Positions 11,544 to 25,200 of a stretch of 54,369 bases of DNA are shown here, one piece after another. Under the pieces are notes generated by a model. It did not search any database. It had not been told where the DNA came from and saw only the letters and a program-made list of their open reading frames with translations. Numbering within the stretch: the first letter of the stretch is position 1; each line of letters starts with the position of its first letter. The stretch is from Callorhinchus milii (lineage: Eukaryota). The stretch is from positions 1-54,369 of the forward strand of contig NW_024705324.1 in the NCBI RefSeq assembly GCF_018977255.1. Reading direction: 5' to 3'. The translations under genes and the position numbers were made by a program.

Positions 11544-13397
11544 TTAGTTTATAAATTAAGCCGGGTGTAATTAATAGTGTCACGGATAATCACTATGTGT
11601 GCTTGAGAAAGTGTGGGCATTGACTGTGCCTGAGTCAAGAGTCAGTATCGGGTGTACTCAATTCAGAACCAGAATATGTATTTATGGTGGAGGGATCCGA
11701 TGAGATATGAAGCTGTTTCACAGATGTCCAGTAGGGGCGAGTCAGAAAGTTTACAACAACAAAAACAAATTACTAGAGGAGTGCAAAGTATAGGAAAGGT
11801 AAAAAATAACTTTCTATTTTAGCAAGTAAAGCCCACTTAGCGATTATTTTATTTGAATGAAAGCTCAAAGAAGTGACTTATGATGTGCAATATGAAGCAG
11901 GAGCTAAATACGGTACTAGAAATAACTAGCCTTTTGCCCGTCCTAGAACGGAAAAAAATAGCACAGTATAATAGTATCTTGTGTAAGTTTAATGGCAGTG
12001 AATCTTACACGAAATAATGTCATCAAACACTCCACTGCATTCCACTGTAGCACTGAATTAATGGCAGTTAATCTTGCACAAAACTATGTCATAAAACATC
12101 TCAGTTCATGTCACTGTAGCACTGTATTTAACTGACCTTAAATTAGCCTTTTGCCCGTCCTAGAACGGAAGCTGTAATATTAAAGATGTACATTTACGTT
12201 TTCTTGTGATTGTAAATTTTTTGAAGAGTTTTGCACGTAAATACATTTTTCTTAACTTAAAAAAATGAATCCTCGGTATACGATATTTTGCATGAATCTC
12301 TTGTACTGTATTAATGGCAGTGATTCTTGCGCAAAGCTACGTCATAAAACACCTCACTCATGTCACTGTAGCACTGCATTTAACTCACCTTCAATTAGTT
12401 CTAAATCACTGCACTAATACTTTATTTTGTTCTGCTTTCGCTCGCTGGGGTTGTAATCAATTTGAATTTGATACAATGTCTGGAAAATCACGGAGAAATA
12501 TATATATATTATCATAATTTATAAGCAAAAATTACACTTAACTTTTGTTTCAAATGCTGAAGAAATAAATAAAGACACCAAATACACTTTGTTGCTGCGT
12601 AGAATTATATATTTGATTAACTTTCAATAAAGAAACGTCAAATTTAAAGCTAATTTGCGTAAAAAAATGTCTTTCCGCTCGACCTGCGGGAGTGTAAAAA
12701 TCCACCTGTTCATGATAATTAATGAGGGAGGTGGCCTCTTTTGCAGTGACGTCACGTACGGATGTAACACTTTGCTGCTTAGATTTATTTTTATTAAATC
12801 CTTTATATTAAGTTCGCTTGCTTGCTTGCTTGCGTGCTTGCTTGCTTGCTTACGACCGTGCAAATCTTTCGGTCGTTTTTAACCCACTTCCCGTGATCCA
12901 ATCGAGCTGACATTTTGCACACAGACTCGTTGTGCGAGACAATTAATGTTCGTGAAAATTTTTTTCCAAAATTTTACACTGTTTAGGGAAAACAAATTAA
13001 ATATTTAATTACCAATTGCTTAATACTGGCAGACAATCATCTGACCCATAGGTGGCAGCCATCTCAAGCCAGAGGACGAGAGGACTCTAGCCGCCACGCA
13101 TATAAAGGATTTATAGTGAAAAACTTTGTTTTTACGGGTTATACTTATTGACCGTCACTTTCTGTAAAGAAACGTCATATTTGAAGTGACTTTGCGAAAA
13201 AAAATATCTGTCCACTGAGTGTGAAAATCCACCCGCTTATGATGACGGGGGGTGCAGCATGTGGGTAACGTCACGCGCGTTACACACATTTCTGGGCTAT
13301 TTTAGTACAGTAGTAGTTTATACACCTGTTAACGTGGGGTCGCCATAAGGTTGCCTCATCACTCGGAATCCACTAGAGCTGTGCACTTTTACATCAT

Positions 13398-16183
13398 CTA
13401 AATTGAAAACTCATTGCTTTAGAATTGCTGCTTGTTGTTGTGTTTAGTTTGTTTTATTTTCCCGACACCTCCGATTAGCCACGGATGGCTACGTACGGTG
13501 CCAATAACTTAAACATAGATAAACATATACATTACACTACTACACAATTAACTACAGCACTATACTATAATATACTACACTATTACACACTACACTACTA
13601 CACAATTATACACTACAACACTATACAGTACTGAATCTAAAACTAATTTCTTTATAACTGCTTTATGAGTTTAGTTTGTCGTCCTCCCACACATCCAATT
13701 ATCACGGTTGACTACGCACGGTGCTAAAGAGTTTCAACAAACATACAACACACACTACACTATACACGACACTAGTACACACTATACCACTATACTATTT
13801 GTATACAATAGACTACACTATTATACACTATTATATACTACACTAATACACTACTACACTAATACACTACACTGTTAAAGACGACACTAGTATACACGAC
13901 ACTATACCAAATTGAAAACTCCTTTCTTTAAAACTGCTTTTTGAGTTTAGTCTGTCGTCTTTCCCCCACACCTCTGATGAACGTGGTTGCCTACGTATGG
14001 TGCTAAAGAAGTTCAAAATTTATACAATTTGGGCCGAAACGACAGCATGAGTCTTAATTGCTCAGGCACACCCTGGAGCAATGAATGCTGTCTGTCACCC
14101 ATTATTTAATTAGCCGCAGGTCCGATTCAATAGAGCTGTATACAATTACACACTCCCACAGAAACCAATGTACAACGAATGGTGCTGGTCACCCACCCCG
14201 TCTCGGCCTACATACAGTGAGGGAAAAAAGTATTTGATCCCCTGCTGATTTTGTACGTTTGCCCACTGACAAATAAATGATCAGTCTATAATTTTAATGG
14301 TATGTTTATTTGAACAGTGAGAGACAGAATAACAACAACAAAAAATCCAGAAAAACGCATGTCAAAAATATTATAAATTGATTTGCATTTTAATGAGGGA
14401 AATAAGTATTTGACCCTCTCTCAATCAGAACGATTTCTGGCTCCCAGGTGTATTTTATACAGGTAACACGCTGAGATTAGGAGCACACTCTTAAATGGAG
14501 TGCTCCTAATCTTAGCTTGTTACCTGTATAAAAGACACCTGTTCACAGAAGCAATCAATTCGATTCCAAACTCTCCACCATGGCCAAGACCAAAGAGCTC
14601 TCCAAGGATGTCAGGGACAAGATTGTAGACCTACACAAGGCTGGAATGGGCTACAAGACCATCGCCAAGCAGCTTGGTGAGAAGGTGACAACAGTTGGTG
14701 CGATTATTCGCAAATGGAAGAAACACAAAAGAGCTGTCAATCTCCCTCAGCCTGGGGCTCCATGCAAGATCTCACCTCGTGGAGTTGCAATGATCATGAG
14801 AACGGTGAGGAATCAGCCCAGAACTACACGGGAGGATCTTGTCAATGATCTCAAGGCAGCTGGGACCATAGTCACCAAGAAAACAGTTGGTAACACACTA
14901 CGCCGTGAAGGACTGAAATCCTGCAGCGCGCCCAAGGTCCCCCTGCTCAAGAAAGCACATATACATGCCCGTCTGAAGTTTGCCAATGAACATCTGAATG
15001 ATTCAGAGGACAACTGGGTGAAAGTGTTGTGGTCAGATGAGACCAAAATGGAGCTCTTTGGCATCAACTCAACTCGCCGTGTTTGGAGGAAGAGGAATGC
15101 TGCCTATGACCCCAAGAACACCATCCCCACCGTCAAACATGGAGATGGAAACATTATGCTTTGGGGGTGTTTTTCTGCTAAGGGGACAGGATAACTTCAC
15201 CGCATCAAAGGGACGATGGATGGGGCCATGTACCGTCAAATCTTGGGTGAGAACCTCCTTCCCTAAGCCAGGGCATTGCAAATGGGTCGTGGATGCGTAT
15301 TCCAGCATGACAATGACCCAAAAACACGGCCAAGGCAACAAAGGAGTGGCTCAAGAAGAAGCACATTAAGGTCCTGGAGTGGCCTAGCCAGTCTCCAGAC
15401 CTTAATCCCATAGAAAATATGTGGAGGGAGCTGAAGGTTCGAGTTGCCAAACGTCAGGCTCGAAACCTTAATGACTTCGAGAAGATCTGCAAAGAGGAGT
15501 GGGACAAAATTCCTCCTGAGATGTGTGCAAACCTGGTGGCCAACTACAAGAATCGTCTGACCTCTGTGATTGCCAACAAGGGTTTTGCCACCAAGTACTA
15601 AGTCATGTTTTGCAGAGGGGTCAAATACTTTTTTCCTTCATTAAAATTCAAATCAATTTATAACATTTTTGACATGCGTTTTTCTGGATTTTGTTGTTGT
15701 TATTCTGTCTCTCACTGTTCAAATAAACCTACCATTAAAATTATAGACTGATCATTTTTTTGTCAGTGGGCAAACGTATAAAATCAGCAGGGGATCAAAT
15801 ACTTTTTTCCCTCACTGTAGGTATTCACTAACAGCATTTTCCTTAATAGTCTGTACGCTTATAGACGCACGTTGTGTAAGTTTAGGTTTGTGTAAGTAAA
15901 CACCTCATAGTCAAAAGATGCTAAACTGAGCAAACAATTACAAACTGTCGTCTGAGGTTTGTATATATGTTAAAAAAATTCGCACCGTACATAGATAAAC
16001 CGTGCTAACCGAGTGTTTATTAGTGTAATGTATAATAGCGTAATGTAGAAGTGCATTGTAGTGTATTCATGTTGAACTTTCACACCGTACGTAGCCAGCA
16101 AACTATTGCTGATCGGAGGTGTGGTGAAAGGACAAACTAAACACAACAAAAGGCAGTTCTAAGGAAATGCGTTTTCAATCTAG
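13398..16183. repeat. Fold-back array of a ~110-bp unit (3 direct copies left, inverted copies right) surrounding the Tc1 element
   Basis: ctaaattgaaaactcattgctttagaa...gattagc(c)acggatggctacgtacggtg at 13398, ~13635 and ~13908; reverse complement at ~16070-16183; (tacac)-rich spacers. Confidence 0.65.
14215..15817 (+). mobile_element. Tc1-family DNA transposon, inactivated copy
   Basis: TA|CAGTGAGGGAAAAAAGTATTTGATCCCC...CCCTCACTG|TA, ~200-bp TIRs; transposase 14580-15601 broken by a stop at 15192, a further stop and a frameshift. Confidence 0.97.
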
Positions 16184-16227
16184 ATTTGTGAATTTCTGAT
16201 GAACCCGGATCTTGCCGATTCACTTAC

Positions 16228-16472
16228 CGGTGTTTGACCCAGCCAGGCGGTTCATGAAGAAAGATTTGCCGGTCCGGTACTTGCCCACGATGGAAACGAC
16301 GACGAGCGGCTTGTTGATGGCTTCGATGATCTTTGCCGTATCAGGGTCGACATAAAACATGCCATTCTCATCTGTCACTACAAATGGTAGAGGTTAGAAG
16401 TCCCGCACTGAGTAACTCATCAACATCTAGTGGCGGTGGCTGCTGCGTGGTTGCAGGAGCAGGACTTGCCAT
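16228..16472 (-). CDS. GBP: Guanylate-binding protein, first coding exon (P-loop), with a frameshift near 16395
   Basis: ttaacccag|tgacATG; MASPAPATTQQPPPLDVDELLSAGLL/PLPFVVTDENGMFYVDPDTAKIIEAINKPLVVVSIVGKYRTGKSFFMNRLAGSNT(G)|gtaagt; GxxRxGKS G1 motif is diagnostic of GBP/atlastin GTPases. Confidence 0.9.
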
Positions 16473-16599
16473 GTCACTGGGTTAATGATAAAAACAACAC
16501 CAGATTAATGAACACGATCACCAAATCCAGTCTGGCTCGTGCACTCTACGGAGCGCCTCTTATATACCGAGAGGAGGGATTGCATCATCACTTCTTTAC

Positions 16600-16830
16600 G
16601 TCATGCAGAAACGTTTCTGCCCCATCCAAAGTTGAAGATGTTAAATACCTTGCCCGGTATACAGGATCTCGTGAGTACGATCCGGTCCCTGATGCCTGTA
16701 TACTTAGAGTTTGCGTTTTCTCTCTTTCTCTCTGCCCATGGTCGTGTGGAATTTTCTATAAATTTCCACATTCTAAGCCACTTCTACGAGCTATAGCCCG
16801 GTCGCTTCTGAAAAACAGCTACAATTGTAC
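16600..16830 (+). mobile_element. V-SINE-like element, decayed
   Basis: Homologous to 27750-28050 (gagtttgc...ctctc, gtcgcttctgaaaa tail). Confidence 0.5.
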
Positions 16831-18414
16831 ATCTCTCTACGAATGATGAATGTGGCTACTATGTCATGTGACACCTACTTCAGTCTACCAGCGACCCTGA
16901 TAACTCTTAGTGGTAACTTAAACCCTGGTTACACATACAATTTACAGACATTTTTAATAAAAACACTGCAGGATAAGGGAAGACCTCCGCCGCCACACAC
17001 GCCATGTGGGTCGTCGGGGTTGTTTGACCATACTTCACCACGCTGCTCAGTGTGTAATCGGAAAAATGATCACGGTTGCAAGATTTTAATTTTGAGTGCC
17101 GTGCCGGTCCTCGCTAACAGTACTTGCTTCAACAATTTGTCAATTTACGTAAGCAATTGTGTCCGCGGGTAACAAAAAGTTACATCATCTTTTGGAGAGT
17201 GAAATGAACATTGTAGATTCCTCATTCAAACGCAAAAAAATTGACACAGTGGGGAGCACAGGTGGTGCATCTGCCAGTCACTTGAGTTAACTCATGGCAT
17301 TGGAGTCTGTCAAGTAACCTACTGTCAGCACGGAGAGCTTACCATACTTCTCGTGACAACCTGCAAGTGGTTCACGTTAGTCGCTGAGACTTACCCCCCT
17401 GCCTTTTGAAAAGGGAACTGAAATTTTTCAGTTCTTCATTTTGTTCCGAGATTTTTTGCACATACATTTTACATCAATGCAGTACATTGAGTAAATTATA
17501 CATACAATTAAAAAAAGATTAGAAATTGTACTTAAAAACTCCGAAATCCATATATTTGAATCCAAAATGCAATCACAACAAAAACAACAACCGTTACCAT
17601 GCACCAACACGACCCGTTCATGTATATTGACTGTCGGATCCACTTTGTGCACGCTTAGGGCATATACAGTCAACACATTTTTAACAATCCTTGCTACTCT
17701 GTACCAGTAATCTGTTTAAAGAATGTGTGTCCAGTATTTACAGTATATATGTTCCAATACATCTAAATGTGTTGTTATCATTTCCCATATGAAATACATG
17801 TAATAGTTGAAATCCTTCAAGTGTGATTTATGTAGTTTTAGCGTTCATGTGTAGGGGACTGGACAAGAACGTTCTGGAACGTCTAACATTCCAACAAGAA
17901 AACTGTAGTTTAGGTTCATATAAACTTAAGGCTATATATTAATTGTAGAAAAGGTGATTGGTCATGAAATATATATATGATGTTTTTTGTCACGAACAAC
18001 AAATACTAGTTTTGCAAACAGTACTCTATTGAGCATTAAGCGGGTGTGTTCGCGTTTAGCTCACTGGGCAGACAGGTTTTTTTGGCTATTGCTGAGAAGA
18101 ACTACTGACACCTGAATGGATCTGCAGAAGACTCCCTGTAATCGTCGAAGCTGGTTTGAGTTGCAAATACTAAACACATTTCTCACTAACACTGCCCTAA
18201 AATAAATAACAAACATATAATTGATGACGTTTAGGGCAATGACCTTCACATGCGATGAAGTAGAACCATTGTCCTAAATGTCTAAGATTATATTTAGTTT
18301 TTTTCTCTTAAGGCAGTGTCATTGACGAATGTGCTGTCTTTTGTTAATTGTTCATGTGCACGACTGCCAATGCAGCATCACGTATGAAACCTGCAACCTT
18401 TAACTGGTAGTATC

Positions 18415-19180
18415 TTGACTTAAAACATTCGTGACTGCAGGAATTAAAATTATTTGGTTCTTTCGGTAAAGTCACATAGATAGAAATAATAATAATAAAT
18501 TACAAAAATATCACAACGTTTCGATCGCAACACAATTGGTCATCATCAGAAACAGGGAGGTTAGCCTCTGAGGGCAAGCTGTTTATAAAGGTTAGGGATG
18601 GGTGGGGCAGCTAATGTTAATGTAGGAGAAGGCTCCGACACCGGCAGTAGGTCTAAACCAATCAAAGCATTGTACCTTGCTTCACACACCCACACTGCTA
18701 ACGGTGGAGGTGGACAAGAACACACTAATCAAATCATGACGCAAAGTGGTTGATGACTTATTTCTAATGATTGCCGAGTTTAAAACCGTCATCTCGGTTG
18801 AAATTGTGTGTGTCTGTATATATGGATGCCTTCGTAAACGAATATTTGTTGATAGCCAGTCGGCTTGCAAATAACCATCGTCTTAGAGAAATCAATTTCA
18901 CGTGAGCCAGCTGCATTAAAGTAATTATCAGCCATGGCAGAAGTATTGGTCCTGCATGTTTCAGATCTGCCTTATGTTCATAAACACAGTCTGAGACATG
19001 TCTTTTGGTTTCCCCAATGTAACTGCTGCCGCAGATACAGCTTAGTTTGTAGACGCTGGGATATTGCATGTCAGGAATCATGCACCATGTTAAGTTGGAC
19101 CTGGATCTTGTGTTTGTTCAAGATTTTGGAAATCTTTTTGGTTATCCCTGCTATGTAAGATAAGGTGATGATTTCGATTG
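18415..19180 (-). mobile_element. Penelope-like element 3' part: GIY-YIG endonuclease remnant, 3' UTR and degenerate hammerhead (18511-18550)
   Basis: SVYKLSCICGSSYIGETKRHVSDCVYEHKADLKH; downstream CTGATGA-t-gacc...gatc-GAAAC-GTT and the shared pLTR block. Confidence 0.85.
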
Positions 19181-19249
19181 GATCTTCAGATGGCTCCTTC
19201 CTCACGGTTGGGGTGATGGCTTTTGCGGATTGTGTAGTTAGAATATTCA

Positions 19250-19932
19250 ATCAAAACCATCACCTTACATTACATAGCAGGGATAACCAAAAATATTTCA
19301 AAAATCTTGAACAAACACAAGATCCAGCTCCGAATTAACACAGTGCATGAAATTCGTGACCTGATCCCATCTGTGAAGGACAAAATTCCTGACATGCAAT
19401 ACCCGGGTGTCTACAAACTGAGTTGTGGCTGCGGCAGCAGTTACATTGGGAAACGAAACGACATGTCTCGGACCGCGTTCGCGAACACAAGGCAGATCTG
19501 AAACACGGTAGGACCAATACCTGTGCCGTTGCTGATCATTGTTTTAACGCAGTGGGCTCACACGAAATTGACTTTTCCAAGACGAAGGTACTCTGCAAAC
19601 CCACCGGCTATTATCAGAGATTTGTTCATGAAGCCATCCAGATATATAAACACAGACACAACTTCAACCGAGAAGATGGATACAAACTGAGTAATTATTG
19701 GAAGGACGTTATTAACCAGGTAAAGTCTTAACTGACTGTGATGTCTCCATCCGACCTGCTGTGATTTCCGACTCTCTGTGTGTCTTTCTCTCTCTGTGCT
19801 GCCCTGCTGCCTCCCCCACCCCCTTCTCTCTCCCCCTGCAGCCGACCTCTTCAGTGCTGCTGCGGAGGCCCACTTACTGCTGCGCGGTCCACTTTCTGCC
19901 CCGCCTCCCCCCCCTTCTCTCTCCCTTCCTAC
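19250..19932 (+). mobile_element. Penelope-like element 3' part: GIY-YIG endonuclease C-terminus (frameshift ~19450), cut off by the Gypsy LTR
   Basis: GVYKLSCGCGSSYIG/ETKRHVSDRVREHKADLKHGRTNTCAVADHC...EAIQIYKHRHNFNREDGYKLSNYW, stop at 19731. Confidence 0.9.
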
Positions 19933-20492
19933 TGTAATGCGGTTGTAAACGGCCCTTCTGAGGTGCCGTCAGGGGGGGAGGAGTTAGGTCACGTGGGGGG
20001 CAGAGGGGTTGAGTATAGAAGGAGGGGAACCGGAAGAGCAAGGGGAGTGACGGGGAACCAGGAACAGAGGAAGGCCACGAAGGGCGAAGCGGGGTGTGGC
20101 GAGATCGCCACGAACACGGGGGAGCGAGGATCGGCACCGTTGGCCAGCGGTGACCGACCCGAAGCAGCGAGGAGGCTGCAGTCAGCAGCGGGGCTGCACA
20201 GAGAGGGTGGGCAGCGGGTCTGCATACAGTGACAGCCAGAGGGTCTGCACATAGGGGTAGCAGCGGGAGTCTGCATAGGGTAGCAGCGAGTCTGCAGGGA
20301 GGAGGTTACAGTAGATGAAGCAGAGAGTCAGAGGGGAGAGGAAGCTATAATAGCAGTGAATAGCCGGGGGCTACAAATACAGGAGTTATAACAGAGTGCC
20401 GTGTGGGTAAAGACGTGAACCTGAATAAAGACACGAAGACAGAAAGAAGTGTTCGAGTCCTTTTATTACACTGGAGTCAGAAGTGAAACGGC

Positions 20493-22216
20493 ATGGCGAA
20501 ACAACTGAGGAAGAAGAATATCCCATCTCCGGCGTCGGCTTCATCATCGGACGACGACGATCTTCCTCCTGAGGTCGGCTTCACTTCGGCGGAGGGAGAG
20601 ATCCGTGAGGGCCCGGGTGTGGAGGAGGTTGCCGCTGCGTCCGACCCATCTGCGTTGAAGGACGAAGATTTAAGATGGACCCGGATGGCGGAGCAACTGG
20701 CGACCCTAAAAACCGTCATCACGGAGTTGTGTGACCTTGTCACGCCAAGGGCGGCGTTGGAGGTGATGGTGGTGATCGGCAGGAGCCCGGGTCGTCTTCG
20801 ATGGCGCCGCCATCGGCCACGCGGCGTGAAGACGCCATCTTGGGCGTGGCGCACCACGGAAGGCGGGAAGCCGCCATTTTGGGGCCGCCACGAGGATCGT
20901 CCGCCATCTTGGCGACACCGCGTTGCGACGCCTTGCTGAACTTGCCGCCGGAAGAGTCGGTGACGGACGGAAGCAGGCCAAGGAGCCGCAGTCGTCACCT
21001 TACAACTGTTAAGGAGTTCTCCATCGGGGGCGATTGGAGTGCGTTCGCTTGTCGATTTTTGGCGGCGGTACGAACGGCAAGGTGGACGGACGCCGAGGCG
21101 CTGGAGGTGCTTCCGACTCTCCTTGACGATGAGTCTGTTCGTTTTTTTCGCTCTATAAAAGCTGCGAAGAAGAAAACATTGCGTGGAGTGTTCGACGAAA
21201 TGGCGGACGCGTACGAGCCACCGGATGACGCCCATCGCCGCTTCGTGCAGCGGCAACGCGCACCGGAGGAGTCGCCTGTAGCGTACAGGGGCGCCGTGCT
21301 GGAACTCGCGATGGCCGCTTACCCGGAGACGGAGCCTGACCTGCTGGAACCTCTCATCTTGGGGAAGATGTTGGAGTTATCCCGGGATCTGGGCATTCCT
21401 ATGCCGGCGTGCGGTCACGAGAAACTCACGTCCCGGACCGCGGCCAAGTGTTTGGACGCCCAGTTCAATCTCCGCCGCTGGAAACAAGTCACGGCGTGGA
21501 CGGGCGGTCCTGTCGTCGATGGGGGGGCCGTAGGGTGGGACCCTACAAAGGCCGTGTACGTGCCGGATGCGACCGGCCCAAAGGAGCTGTCGGCCGCCTC
21601 CACTCCGTGGCCGGCTCGAAGCGGGCCGGGGCCGCGGGCTCCGCCGCCGGCGCGGCCACGTCGGGACGGGGTGCCTGCTGCGCGCCGACCCGACGTCGAC
21701 TGTTTCCGCTGCGGCCGTCGGGGCCACTATGCCAGGGACTGCTGGGCCCGGGTTCCGGGGCCGCCCCAGCAGGAGGCCTCGATCGCGGACGTCCCAAAGA
21801 AAGACCCTCCGGCACAGGCAAGTCGGTGCGCACCAGACACCCGGCAAGGCCTGACACCTCACTCATCGCCGTTGTTGTGCGACGCGGATGTTCTAAAATA
21901 TGGGAGGCCAGTATCTGCGCCTTGTCGCTCGATAACGCAGTGGCGTAAGTTGGCTCGGCGGGTTGTCGCGGCCGCTACAGGTTCGTCCACTGTACCGGGG
22001 TCGATCCAAGGGGTGGACGTGCGTATTTTGGTGGATTCCGGGGCGTCCGCGACCATTATTTCGGATGTCATATTCCATCTTTTGAACATCCCACCGGGGG
22101 CCGTGAGGCCGGCTTACGCTTCCTGCATCGCTGCGAACGGGGGTAGTATGGGCATCGTGGGACAGGTGGACGCTAATATTTCTATCGGGGGGTCTCGGCC
22201 TCGGGCGTTGTGTTAA
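20493..22216 (+). CDS. Gypsy gag (CCHC knuckle) and aspartic protease, frameshifted near 20770
   Basis: ATG 20493 after the PBS; CFRCGRRGHYARDC zinc knuckle; ILVDSGA protease motif in ORF 20801-22216. Confidence 0.85.
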
Positions 22217-25200
22217 TTTCGAGGTCCCTGGCGGTTCCTTGCTTGTTGGGCACGGATTTTTTGGCTAAGATGCCCATTCTAATTAGAATCAATGAAAATT
22301 GCATTGAACTACCAGGGGGCCGCAAATTGGCGTTTTTACAGTCCGCCTGGGGGCGACCGGCTCCGGTTGCCCAGGTGCAGGCGTTATCGGAAGTTTCGGT
22401 TGATATTCCACCTGGCTCGCAGATGCTCATTCCCTACGATACCGGAAGCCGGTTCCGGGTCGGCAGGGTGCTTGTGGAATTTTGCTGTCGCCGTCCGCCG
22501 CTGTTACGGGCGGATTGGCACTGGTGGGGGCGCAAACCATTGTCCGTCCGGATCAGCGCCCGTTTTTGCAGGTGTTAAATGCGAGTTCTGAAAGCGTGTG
22601 TGTGCCGGCTGGTACCGTTGTGGCACACGCCACTACGGCGTTTACGGCTCAGAGTGACATTCCGGACGGGGGGCTGGTGGGTGGTGTTTCACACGACGGA
22701 GGGGTGGACGATCGTTGGATCGCCGAACTATGTGCGGAAAATTCGGCCCTTTCCGCTGAGCAGCGTTGTGCGATTCATAAATTATTAGCGAGCTATTCCG
22801 ATGTGTTTAGCTCGGACGATTTGGACTTGGGACGCACCTCGCTGCTCTCTCATCACATCGAAACGGGGGACGCGGCCCCTATCCGCTTGAACTCGCGTCG
22901 GATGAGTCCGGCTGAGCGTGAGCACGTTCGAGGGGCAGTGGAAGACATGTTGAAAGCGGATATTATATCTCCGTCTAATAGCCCGTGGGGCGCGCCTGTT
23001 GTGTTGGTTAAAAAGAAAGATGGTAAATTACGATTTTGTGTGGATTTTCGGAAGTTAAATAAAGTGTCGGTGGCAGATGCGTATCCCCTGCCGCGTATGG
23101 ACGATTCTCTCGACGCCTTGTCAGGGGCTAAGTTTTTTTCAACGCTAGATCTCTCTTCGGGCTTCTGGCAGCTTCCCCTTGACGAGCCCTCGCGGGAAAA
23201 GACAGCGTTCCGTACGCCGCAGGGGTTGTTCCAATTTAACTGTCTGCCGATGGGGTTGAATGCAGCCCCTGCCACCTTTCAGAGATTGATGGAGTTGGTA
23301 TTGACGGGGTTGCAGTGGGAGACATGTCTCATTTATTTAGATGATATTATTGTCTTCAGCCGCACATTTGATGAGCATTTATTGCGGTTGGAGGCCGTTT
23401 TTGCCAGAATGCGTTCTGCTAATTTGAAATTCAAGCCTAAGAAATGTCATCTACTGCAACGTTCCGTTCGATACTTGGGACATATTGTTAGTGCGGACGG
23501 GGTGGCCACGGATCCAGAGAAAACTGCGTGTGTCCGGGATTGGGCAACCCCGCCACGGTGGGTGATGTGCGTCGGTTTTTGGGGTTCGCCTCATATTACC
23601 GGAGGTTTGTTCCGAATTTCGCTACTATCGCCAGGCCTTTGCATCTCCTTACTGGGAAGGGGCACAAATTTGTGTGGGGACCGCCGGAGGAGGCGGCGTT
23701 TCGGAGCCTGCGCGATCTACTGGCTACTGCGCCGACGTTGGATTATCCGGATTTTGAACATCCCTTCATTCTGGATACTGATGCGAGTGACACCGGGATT
23801 GGGGCGGTGTTGTCCCAGTCAAAAGGTGGTGTTGAGCGTGTGGTGGCGTACGGGAGTCGGGTTTTGTCTCCCGCGGAAACCCGTTACTGCGTCACTCGCA
23901 GGGAACTTTTGGCTATTGTGTTTTTTCTCCGCCAATTTCGACCGTATCTGTACGGTCGGTCGTTTATTGTCCGAACGGACCATGCGGCCTTGCAGTACGC
24001 TCTTAAGATGGACCAGCCATCCGGACAATTGGCGAGATGGCTGGACACGTTGCAAGAATTCTCCTTCCAAATTCACCATCGGAAGGGTGTGCGTCACGCT
24101 AACGCGGACGCACTGTCCAGGTTGCCGCAACAATCCCCTTGTGCGTGTGCGTCGGGGACGCATAGGTGTGGACCGGCTCAGCCCCCCCTCAGCCTGTCGC
24201 GCTGGCAGTGGATGTTCTCGAAACTCCGCTTACACCGGGACCGGTTGAAGGGGGACCGGCTGACGGGATTTTGCGTCTTCCAAGGTCTGTGTGGATTCGG
24301 GAGCAAATGTTGGACGATTCTTTGGTGTCGTTACGGAAACGAACGGAGAGGGCGGGTAAGGAAGTCGGTGCGGGTGGTAATTCGGAAACTGCTCTCCGAG
24401 ATGGGTTACTGATGTGGAGGGAAGGGATACAGGAACACTGGCGTCTCGTTGTGCCTGCGTCATTGCGCTATGAGTTGATTAGATCTTTGCACTGTGACAC
24501 ACTTTTACACCTGGGGGTGCAGAAAACCCTATTGACGCTGCAACGAGACTATTATTGGCACGGCATGACGACGGATGTCGTCGGTCACGTTCGCGCGTGT
24601 CCCGATTGTGCCCGCCGTAAGCCGCCTAAACATCCATATGTTCCGCCGATACAATCGATTAAAGTATCTCGGGTTAATGAGCTGGTGGCGTTAGATATTT
24701 TGGGACCCTTTCCGCCATCAGCTAAAGGGAATAAGTATTTACTGGTGGGGGTGGAGTACCTCTCTCGCTGGCCGATGGCCTGGCCCTTGCCTGACCAGTC
24801 AGCGGCGTCTATCACGGACGCCTTTCTATTTGGGTATGTAATGGACAAAGGGGCTCCGGAGAGGCTCCTTACGGATCAGGGACGTAACTTTTCGTCTAAA
24901 TTGTTGGGGGAGGTGTGTGCGGCTCTTGGAACTAAAAAGATACGGACGTCCCCCTACCACCCGCAAACGGATGGTATGGTGGAACGGTTGAATCGGACTC
25001 TGTCCGCCATGCTGTGCCATACAGTCGGGGAAAACCAATCTGATTGGGATTTGCATATCCCTGGGGTGCTTTCGGCGTATCGCATGACGCCGCACGCGGC
25101 TACTGGATACTCGCCGTTTTTCCTTATGTACGGCCGTGAGAACGTGCCGCCGATTCATGACCAGTTGGGAACCGGTGCGAGGGGGCCTGTTAAGCCTCTT

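Noticed and set aside
11920..13380. Helitron-like ends and (GCTT)n with duplicated blocks
   Set aside because: Probably fragments of non-autonomous elements, but termini could not be paired confidently
17195..17425. ISRE-like motifs upstream of GBP (gtgaaatgaac, ggaactgaaa)
   Set aside because: Imperfect and common in AT-rich DNA; the GBP transcription start is unknown
22200..24200. Programmed ribosomal frameshifting in pol
   Set aside because: Shifts fall inside or between PR, RT and RH at several sites without clear slippery heptamers; indels or sequencing errors are more likely
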